Shown here in pieces: positions 53,328-64,000 of a stretch of DNA of 64,000 nt. The notes beneath the pieces are model-generated. The model searched no databases. It was not told where the DNA came from and saw only the letters and a list, made by a program, of their open reading frames with translations. The number at the start of each line of letters is the position of its first letter. Position 1 is the stretch's first letter. The stretch lies in the NCBI RefSeq assembly GCF_001194135.2, contig NC_068983.1, positions 31,690,050-31,754,049 of the forward strand, read 5' to 3'. Origin of the DNA: Octopus bimaculoides. Its lineage: Eukaryota. Position numbers and translations under genes: made by a program.

Positions 53328-56300
53328 CATCATCATTATATTACGTCTGCTGTCTGTGGGAGCAGTAACAATGATAAAGGACTAAATCAGTTCTTAATCA
53401 AAGTTGGACACCTTTATTTACAAGTGAAGGTCTACATCTCATTCATATGTTAGTATGATTTCTATAACTAGAAACCTTTCCTAACACCAGTAGCATAGTG
53501 AGTACATTTTATTGTGGATCAGCAAGCATTTGAGAAGTTGTCATTCATTAATCACCCCAGAGTGTACTAGGTGGGTGTATTTTATTGTGACACCAGTAAC
53601 ACAGAAACTCTTGTGCCTTTGACAAGACATGACTAAAAGAGGTCCATACATTGTCTACTTGTTTGCTAATCACTTTACTGGGTGCGTTTTATCGTGGCAC
53701 CAGCACCAGTGGGACTGCTTTGTGTCTTGCAAATGAAAGTCCTCACAACTCAATATCGTATCAGTTCGTTCAGAGCAGTATGATCAACAATAGTAAATGG
53801 AAGAGAGGATAATGGCTGAAGATGAACTAGGATGAAAGAGTGAAAAAAGCAAAAATATGGTGGGATGAACAGGGTAAGTGAATGCAAAGTGTAGAGGAGA
53901 GATAAAAAAGAGACCATGAGTAATGGAAGAAACACAGAAAAGGCAGGGTGAAATGGGAAAGAGAGACACTATGACAAAGTGTAATGGGAGAGAAACCTTA
54001 ATGATAGCTATATGTTAGCCAGAAAAAGAAGAGCAAATGATAGGTAGTCACAGAAATGTCAATAGTAAGAGAGTATGACGAATATCAATAACAAGTAACC
54101 TAGAGCAGAGGTTAGTTGTGGCTAACAGAAGAGGAAGGTAATGTAAGGAAGTAATATAGATAACATTAAAACATGAGTGTTGAAAAGTAAGAGCTGGATG
54201 ATTAAATGGATGCATGGTTATATACTTTTTATTGATGAAAAGCAAAATGTTTTAAATTGAAAAATAAAAAAATTAAAATACTTAAAAGTGAAAAGCAAGG
54301 CAAACACTGGCAGAGTCTGAAATAAGAACATTGACACAACTAATGCAAAAAATTGTGCAATTTGCAGATTATGTCGTTTAAAATTGTAATTTCTTATATG
54401 TTTATTGCTATAAGGGCAGTGAATGGAAGGCATTACAAAGCTTTAGAAAACAGTGTTGATTTCACATTGAATAAAAAAAAATGGGAAAAAAAAAGTAAGA
54501 TTATATGAAAGCCCCCCAAAAGGGACTCAGCTGCCTAGAGTCAATTTGAGCAACTTACAAATCTACATGGGATTTTACCATTTCTACAATTTTCAATAAT
54601 TAATGATTTTTAACATTTTCTTTTTTATAAAAAACAATTTCTAATGTGAGCACAAATTTTGGAAACAGATATAGTAAATAATATCAACTTCACAACTTGA
54701 CTGGGAGCAAATTTTTTAATCCTACTGAAAAGGAAGTCAAGCTAGTATAGATACACATGTTGGTGTGTAATATGTGTATAAGTCACAAGCTTATATATAT
54801 CAGGGTACATGTAATCAATAGTTAAAAAGGCAAATGTGCTTCAACAGAAGACCAAGTCTTTTCACTCATTATCTTACAACTGTCGAAAACCTAGATATTG
54901 ATTGATACTAGTTTGATCTTTGTTGTGTATGTACATGTTTAGGTATATAAATAACAGAGGAAAAATTAAATACATCTAGATAAATGAATATGTATGAACA
55001 TTTGTGTGTGAATATGTATTTCAGAGATTTTGTGCATGTTTAGAGAGAGAGAAGAGAGAGCACAAGCAAGTATGAAACAGGAAAGACAATGTAACTGAGA
55101 AGGGAACTAAGTTTTGAATTCTTTGTAAGGGAAGAGGATATTTTTTTTTAATTAATCTCTCTTTGCTCCTATCTGAACATGTCGTTGACTTAGGCAAAAA
55201 TAAAAAACAAGCCATGAAAGTAGGTTGATACTAATATACACCAACAAATCAGATCAGATGACATTAGAATGAGGAGATTCATTACAGTATTTGTAATATT
55301 AGGTCAAATACTTTTGTCAACAAATTTCAGTCATTTAATTGTCGCTAAACTGAGACAGTATCTTCAATGGTGTAGTCAATTACATCAACCTCAGTATTTG
55401 ACTGGTACTAATTTTACCAACCCTGTAATAATGAGAGGCAAAGTCAATCCCAGCTTCATTTGGACATAGAAGGCAAATGATATATTTTCATGGCTATGCA
55501 GAAGAGTCTGCCATCCACAAATTTATAGACAACATGAGATAAAGGAAATAATTGAAGCAAACAATGGCATCAATTCAGATAATTCAGACAGGTGATGATG
55601 TACCAAATGATGTGTGCAAAAATATCTTTATGAATTGTAACTTTCCCCTTAGTGAGAGAAAGAAATCAAAAACCTAGTGCAATTGTTAGCAACTCTCAAA
55701 GAAAATATCAGAATAATGTAACAAACTTTATCCCAAAATAAGTAAGTATGGTGGAATGGTTTCAGATTAATCCAGATAGTTTTTTGACTGACACAGTTCA
55801 TTAATGGGTTAGTGCTTATATTTAGTTTCTAAGGTGTTAAACAGATAAGAGACCAATTCTTTCACTAGATGCAGTCCAACTAAAAATAACAGCTCAATTT
55901 CCCTGAAAGTACACCCTGCCATCTTAAAAATGGAAAGATATATAGGATAAAGTAGTGTGAAGAAAGAGAAAAACAGAATGATCACTGCTGAAATATCTTT
56001 CATCATAAACCTACACAATCAAGGACCACTTGGAGCAAAACAAAAACAACCAGTCTACTGAAGGGAGTTAAACTTGTTCAGTCACATGAGGAACTGAACC
56101 TAGCACTACAAAACATCAACCTCTCAATGTTGTCATAACTTCAACAGTATATTATTCCTATTCTATAGTATCTAACTACATTTATGCAAACTCAAACATT
56201 GAAAGTTAAGCATCTTGGCCCACAAATATGCTGCAATGCTGATAACAGAATATCGACTACCCAACCTCCCAACTGGTAGTCTGGTATTTATTGGCTCAGA

Positions 56301-59300
56301 CCAAATTGCTCTTTTTAGAAAATAGTATCAAAGTAATTTCAAGTGAACTACTGAAAACAAAACAGTATAACAATACTGCAAGCAATTCTATAGTTAACAT
56401 ACAGAACAACACAAAATTCTGAAGGCTAAAACAACTTTAAATATCAAATAGCATTAGGATGCAACCTTGACACTCACAACAGACACTCAGTTCCCAAGAA
56501 CAAAGACATTGGAAAGATTTTCCATGAAGTCATCTTCCCTCACAAACAGGTAACTTTCAGTTAAAACCTTTAAATACTTCACAAATATAAGGCATTATAG
56601 TCTCATAAATTCTTAGACAGAGAGCACATCCTTAGCATAAAGACTGTCTTTTCTTCAATATCTACTTCAGCCCTGAACTACATAATTCAAAAGTGTTGCT
56701 TAAAAATCTACTTCAAAGCATGCACTATACACACACTGGAATATGAGAAAAAAGAAAAGCCATCCAACTAATTGGCAAGTCCTCACTCACAAACATTTAC
56801 ACAATACTATAACAGTTTCTGCATTTCTAAACCAGCAAACTGTGTACCTACATCTTCCAACTAAAGCTACACTATTCACCTACTTCATTATTTTTATTCA
56901 TTCCTGCTGTACCTCACCCAAATTTGTGTACTAAAAATTTCTCAACATTTTACCTCTTCAACTGCAGTCCTCTCCAAGCATTTTTTCTACAGGTCTGTAG
57001 AAATTCCTTCAGAAATCCTAGATAAATACCAACTGTAGCAATCTCATCAGAATTAAATTTAAGAAAGTAAAAATCACAGCACAAAGATAAGCACTGAAAT
57101 ATATTTTGGATGAATGACCACCCTCTCACTAAATATCTCGTGACACAACTTTAAAAGACAGATTCTTTCACGTTGCCATTACAAAAATTTTTGATACAAT
57201 GTACTACTTTCCAAAGACAAGAAGTATCTATAACATCACTTGTAGGAAGCATTGTTCTAATGGAAATGCAAAATATTAACAAGCTTGGATACATGTGTCA
57301 CCAGTGATAAGAATATAGATGGAAGACTAAAAAGTAATCATTAAATGCAGATATGATACACAAGATATTGTTGTGACAAAAAAAAAAAAAACATGTGCAC
57401 TGATGTAAAGGACAATTGTTTTAACTGATATGTATATACATCAAACTGATAATAAAAAAAGTATATATTTATAATTAATTGATGCATAACATACAGCTAT
57501 TGTATGAAGAAAAAAAGGAAGTCCTTACTTTACTCATTAACACATAAAATTATGCCAATATATGTTTATATAATAATCTCAAGAAGCTAAAGTTAACAAC
57601 AAAAGTATAACCATATTAAATTCTCCAAATTTAGATGTTTAAATAGTATGGTTGAAGAATGTAAAAAGACTTAAAAAGATATTTTGTATTTGACTGAAGT
57701 CACTGTTATGTAATTGTTCCTTAGGCAAGAGACTGACTAAGTTAAAACTTATCCCAACTTGACAAAACACTCAGCAGATGAAAGGGGATACTTTCATAAT
57801 TCTAACTTTCTGAATTGAATCCTAATCTATTGCAATTTTGCTTGCCAAGAGGCTACTGAATTTGGCAGGATCTGAACACAAGATTATTAGTCACCAACTT
57901 TTATGACAAACTATTTGACTTTCAACTTTCTCTTCACAATGATCAATTCAGATACTGAAAAAATCTATATGAAGACAAATATTAAAAAAAAAATAAAAAC
58001 ATTAATCAGTTACAGGATGAAATTTACACATTATGACCAGTTTCTTGGACTCTTGAATACAAGTTCAGCTCCTCCATATCAGGTCGCAATTAACAGGCTG
58101 AGACAAACTGATCTACATCATTTGACAAGAAAGATTTGAGTCTACTTGAGGATTTGAACCACAAAACCACAGACTTTAAAGAAATATTTATTTCTCTAAG
58201 GATGGGAATTTATAAAAGTACAGGACAAGAGTTACAAAATCAAATCTACAGCAAGCATTCTTTGGTTAGAATCTCAATTTCTCTACATGCTTCAGTTAAG
58301 CTAGCTGCAAAGAAAAGTCAGCTGTTAATTAGCTATCCAGATGTGATCTCTAAAAACAATACTTAACAACAGAAACAGTTATCTCAAGTAATGTCCCAAT
58401 TGGTTGAGGGGAATGGAAGAATCAATATTTTTATTATAATCTTTATAATAGTCTTCCTCAAGGTGGGGAGCATGACAATATTTTGGTGGGGCATTGGCTA
58501 CTTAGGAATGAAGTGTAAGTAACAAGTGATTAAAACTTGCAATAAAGTTTAATTAGAACTTCTTATGAACAAATATATGCTCCATACTTTGTCCTTTCAT
58601 GGTAAGGGACAAATTTTTGTAGATCTGAAGTGAAATATGGGACAAAAATAGATGAGAAATACTGCTTTACATCACCATCTGTGTGTCCTACACAAATAAT
58701 TCAAGTTCAAGATGAACTAGCAATAAAATGTTTCTAAGAAACTACCCATTAAAGTGACAGGACATAACATACCTATAAATCTGCAATGATGTATGCATGT
58801 GTGACAAGTAAATTTCCCATTGATTACCTCAGTTGAAACTTTACTTTCTCTTCTAATACAGTAGAATAACAACAGCTTCACCTTTACAGATTGGCATTTA
58901 GCAAGTTATTCCAAGCTAAGCAGCAAACCAACATCAATAACAGATGGAGAGGGAAAAGAGGAGGAGAGGCTTTGCCATACTCAATAGTTATTTGTTTTAT
59001 AACTTGCCAAGTACAACTTTAAGCACAACAGTATCAGGAGATGGGGTAAGGCAGAGAACTGTACGAAGGGAAAATGTTCTCAAAACATAAGTAAAAACAA
59101 AAATATGAGGAAATTACACAGGGTTTTTCAAGAAAGTAAGAATAGTTATGTTGTGTAAAGAAATGAAATAGGGGCAAAGAAAGAAAAAATATACATGCAA
59201 CAAGAATAAAAACAGACAGTTCCATTCATTACTATCATAAAGGGCAGCAGACTTAAGTGTTCAAGTGAACATATTTAAAACAGAGACATCATGTTTTGAA

Positions 59301-59727
59301 AAAATGCTAGAAATGGTAAGCAAATTCACTCAAATTACACCTTACCAGCTAAAAAAAAGTACAAATGGATATGCAAAAAAGCCAGTATAGTCACAGATGG
59401 AATGCTATTGATTATGAGTCTCTTAAATAAAGGTTGAACTGGTACCAAACAACACTGCTTCTCACATGGATATATGGAAATTGGATAAACATAACACTAT
59501 TCATCACTGCTTAATGTAAGTTTTAATTAGTTTAAACATGCCATGACAGAAGAAATCTATAGAAGAGCCCCAAAATTGATTTTGATATATTCAAATATAT
59601 ATACACACACACTAACACATACACAATGTACACACACACATGTATACATAAACATATATACACATACATGCATATGAATATATATGCATACACATGCAGA
59701 TGCGTGAGTGTGTGTGTGTGTGTGTAT

Positions 59728-61320
59728 TATCATCATCATCATTTAACCTCTGCTGTCCATGCTGGCATGGGTTGGCCAGGCTTGACCAAGGGTGGTATGC
59801 TGGAAGGCTGCACCAGACTCCTGTCTGATTTGGCATGGTTTTCTACGGCTGGATGCCCTTCTTAATGCCAACCACTGTGAGAATGTAATGGGTGCTTTTA
59901 TGTGCCACCGGTACAGGTGCCATTTGCATGACACCAGTATCTGCCATGACTGATTTTGTCCGGCTTCATGAGTTTTCTCAAGCACAACATAATGCCAAAG
60001 GTCTCAGTCATTGCCTCTGTGAGGTCCAAAGTTCATAGATCATGCACACTGACGTTGCACATCCAGCAAAGCATACTGACTTCAGTTCTTTCAAGCCTGC
60101 CCATGTCCTTGTCTGTCACAGCCCGTTTCACTGCCATGTAGCATGGCTGTTCACACACAGGCATCATACAATCTGCCTTTCACTCTGTGTGTTACCAGCA
60201 GAAGTAGGAGCTTTCTGAACTTTGCCCAGCCTAATCTTATTCCCACAGCTACGCTCTTGGAGCATCCACCTCCACTACTAACTTGGTCACCTAGATAACA
60301 GAAGCTATCTACTACCTCTAGCTTGTCCTCTTGGCAGTTGATGGAGTCTATTTTCTGCACACTTTTAGCGTTTATTGTACCTGTGCATCTTCCACATACA
60401 AAAGCTAGTTTTCCTGTTAATCTGCCTCTGATATTGCTGCACCTTTCATGTATCCAAAGCTTAGATTGGGTGCATCTTATGGAGTTTCTATCTACGCCTT
60501 CTCTACAGACTGAGCAGGGCCATCTACCTGAAGGGATTTGTGATTTGTCTGCCTTCCTACTTACTAAGACTTTGGTTTTTGCTAGGTTAACTCTAAGGCC
60601 ATTCTATTCTAGACCTTGCTTCCATACCTGGAACTTCTCTAGTTCTGGTAGTGATTCAGCAATAAGAGCAAGATCATCAGCATAGAGGAGCTCCCAGGGA
60701 CAATCTCTCTTAAATTCTTCTGTTATTGCCTGGAGGACTATGATGAACAAGAGCATCAATCCTTGGTGAACTTGTACCCTGAATTCTTTGCTGCACTCAC
60801 TGCCAACCCTCACTTTACTGGTAGCATCCCTGTACATAGCTTGTATAGCTCTCACTAACCATTCATCTATCCCCAGTTTCCGCATTGACCACCAGATAAG
60901 GGATCAGGAGACCCTGTCAAAAGCTTTCTCCATGTCAACAAAGGCCAAGTGCAGAGGCTTATCTTTGGCTATGTATTTCACCTGCAGCTGCCTTACCAGA
61001 AATATAGCATCAGTTGTGCTTCTTCCTGGTACAAAACCAAACTGCATCTCATCTAGGCTAACTCTCTCCCTAATTAGCTGGGCTATGACTCTCTTCATGA
61101 CTTCCATCACTTGATCCAACAATTTGATACCTTTGTAATTATTTCTATCTAATGCATCACTTTTACCTTTGTAGCAGTTGACTATGGTGTTGCTACACTA
61201 GTCATTGGTTATGACTCTTTCATGAACCACCTGATTTACAATATGGGTGACAAGACCTTAACACACACCGCCAAATATTTTAAGCATCTCAGCAGTGATT
61301 CCTGATGAGCCAACTTCATG
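59728..61320 (-). mobile_element. 5'-truncated RTE-clade LINE with RT domain relic and (GAT)n tail
   Basis: QFGFVPGRSTTDAIF, AFVDMEKAFDRV, ELLYADDL, LEVVDSFCYLG in three frames; 3' UTR and microsatellite tail at about 59730. Confidence 0.92.
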
Positions 61321-62042
61321 ACTATTTCACAGTTTAAACACACACACACACAAGCTGTTTGCAACCTCTTGCATTCAATGCCTTTACATTCTCATTAAAA
61401 AAAAGTGAAAAGAAAAAAATTTTTTTCTTTTGTGATCATTTTACCAAGACCTAACTAAAAAAAAAAGTAACCAAAGGAAAGGTAAATAAACAGTATTATG
61501 ACACTACTCCTGAACCAGCAAGTTTATGATCAAAGAAAACATCTCATTCTTCTTATGTGTAACTAAGACTACATTATGCAATATGCCATTTCTTTTTTAA
61601 GACCGTGGGGTGTAACTTGAAGGAGATATGATAGTTATTTCTAGTAGTTTGAGCAAAGGCTCCCACATTGGCCCATATTTGGAGATGCATCAGAGCAAAT
61701 ATACTCAACCCAAACATGTCTATCTCGCAACAAATTAATGTAATAGATCTTTAATGACTGTTATAAGTCAGTAAGTTGTGTCCCTACCACCCACATTGAT
61801 TGAGTCATCTGGTTTGGTGAAGTTTAGTCACGGTGACAATGACGAGGATTGACAGAGGATCAAGTGGGTCACATAAGTAGTGAGTAATGATTTATCATTA
61901 GCATGTCAGAACACACATGCATGCAGACACAGAATAAGCAGCTGTTCGATATTACCTATTATATCTTACACAAGATCCCCTTAGTATAATATCAATATAT
62001 AAATTATATTTCTATATATTTGGACACTGACACATATGTAAA

Positions 62043-62047
<5 letters not shown>

Positions 62048-62100
<53 letters not shown>
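62048..62100. repeat. (AT)n microsatellite
   Basis: Direct reading. Confidence 0.95.
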
Positions 62101-62101
<1 letters not shown>

Positions 62102-62329
62102 GTATATACATATTTGAAACAAGGCTTGAAATATAAGAGTAAGAGCAGTGCCCATTAAGTCATTAGACTAATGATAAAACAGTAAAAGCTTAAGTGAATA
62201 ATACATAATATAAATATGTAATATCACATCCAACAAGCAAACAGAGGTAAAAAGTAACAAAAAATTCTCAAGAACTGGGACACAGAAATGGAGTGGGAGT
62301 CTTTATTTGTTCAAACATCAGGGAAGAAT

Positions 62330-62650
62330 AAAAGTAAGTCAGGTTCTGTGAGATTTGAACTCAGCAAAAGAGCAAAGAAGATTATAACATATTTTGTCCT
62401 TTGCTATACTGATTCTGCATTACAAAATAATAATAATAATAGTCCTTTCTACTAAAGGCACAAAGTGGAGGGGACTAATCGATTAAATCAACCCTGGTGT
62501 TTCACTGGTACCTGATTTATCGACCCTGAAAAGATGAAAGGTGAAGTCAACCTCTTCAGAATTTGAACTCAGGACATACCGATGGGTGAAATATCACTAA
62601 GCATTTCTTCCAGAGTGCTAACGATTCTGCCAGCTCACTGCTCTAATTAA
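62330..62650 (-). mobile_element. One full and one partial copy of the same SINE
   Basis: tcctttctactaaaggcacaa...gaatttgaactcag...gattctgccagctc. Confidence 0.8.
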
Positions 62651-63497
62651 TAATAATAGCAGCAATATTTGCTGAGCATGCTTAAATATAATTTAGAAAA
62701 AATTATATTGAAATAAGTTTCCAAAAATTGTTATTAGTTATTGAGACATAGATGTGAGAGGCAACAATGATGTATATGTCCTCTTATTTCCTACATACTA
62801 CAAAAAGCTAGATCTCTATAACTAAACAGTAGTTATTTAATTTCAAAATATTTTTTGCTATAGGTTTAAACAAGACAGTAATTCATAGACAGTTAAGTAA
62901 CAAACTTCAATTACAACATTCACAGTAAAGATTTGAATTAAACACAATTTTGAAAGTAAGTTTTTTTGTATCTTATTTATGTCAGTATTTTCCATTAACA
63001 TTGTAAATGTAGAAATAAAGGAAAACAACATATGAAGTGCCCTAATGTAAACAAATTGACGTCTAATGCAACTGAAAGGTGTCTCTTATTAAACCTAGCT
63101 GCACATGAGTAGACAATAACTGATTCTACCAGCTACTGATTTGGCTAAGATCTGTGAAAGAGAGAAAGCTTTGATTTTCAGCTACATACATGGCTTAAAA
63201 GTACTACTCCATCACTAGTCCATTAAACAATGAAAACAGTGAACAACTAAAATCTTACCTGGTTGCACAGGGTCACTATATTATTAATCCCCATTTTCTA
63301 GATTGCTGGGAAAGTAGCAATCAATAAGTATCAAAACAAAAGAATGAAAAATATATATTCAGAGGAGTGAGTATTACATCACTGGGACTGAAAGAAAGAC
63401 ACCATTTACACATATGGAAGATGCAACTGAATTTTACATGATGTCAGTGTAAGATACAAGTAAGGTCCGCATGACCCGTGCAAGATTAAGCGAAGTC

Positions 63498-63575
63498 TGC
63501 AAGGTGTACTTTGTGTGCAAGATGCAAGTGAAATATGCAAAATGTACTGTGTGCAAGATGCAAGTGAGGTTTGCA
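63498..63575. repeat. Imperfect tandem repeat of about 37 bp, 2 copies
   Basis: gtgtgcaagatgcaagtga occurs twice. Confidence 0.7.
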
Positions 63576-64000
63576 TGATGTGTGTGCTTTCATACAAATG
63601 GACAGGTGGATTGATTTAAGCAGTTGCAAGTCGGTCCCTGAGTAAAACCTGAATATGTTTTTTGGCAGTTGCAAGGTGTAATAATGTTGACTAGGTAAGA
63701 GTAAGAATATGTGCATTAAAAAGCTTGTGATTTTTGTGTGTGCTTGTGAAGTGTTACCTATACAGACATAAGTTGAACAGAGGATTGAGCCAGTTTATTT
63801 TCTATTCTTAATTCTCTTTGAGATTGAGTGGGAGGATCCACCATGTATGTTAACTTCTCTCTAAAATCATTCTTTACTAATATTTTGTTATAATGGAGTA
63901 CAGCTGTTGAAGATATCTCTATCTGAGCATAATTTAGAAATGCCAGCTATGTTCTTAATTAGGGAAAAACTCAGAGATTCTGTGGAGATTTTATTTATTT

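Noticed and set aside
61300-61325. CTGATGA at the LINE 5' break as a ribozyme
   Set aside because: It is coding sequence of the RT relic on the other strand; no stem II or GAAA

Overview
AT-rich animal genomic DNA. The repeat families suggest an octopod cephalopod, which is an inference. The window has two N-gaps. It lies inside one minus-strand gene for a Numb-associated kinase (AAK1/BMP2K/Nak family). Eleven coding exons (28943 down to 2499) join in frame with GT-AG boundaries. They encode most of the kinase domain, a 968-bp Q/H-rich exon and an HRRNVS motif exon. The first coding exon and the 3' exons were not found in the window. The introns are full of dead or non-autonomous transposons: several Tc1/mariner lineages, RTE LINE fragments and tails, and at least three tRNA-headed SINE families. 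The most unusual object is at 36510-37173: two inverted copies of a tRNA-headed SINE whose tail contains a Penelope-type minimal hammerhead ribozyme motif. They enclose a 104-bp copy of nearby DNA, and the whole unit is flanked by a 14-bp direct repeat. Several long inverted repeats could also form dsRNA in the pre-mRNA. No prokaryotic-type systems are present.
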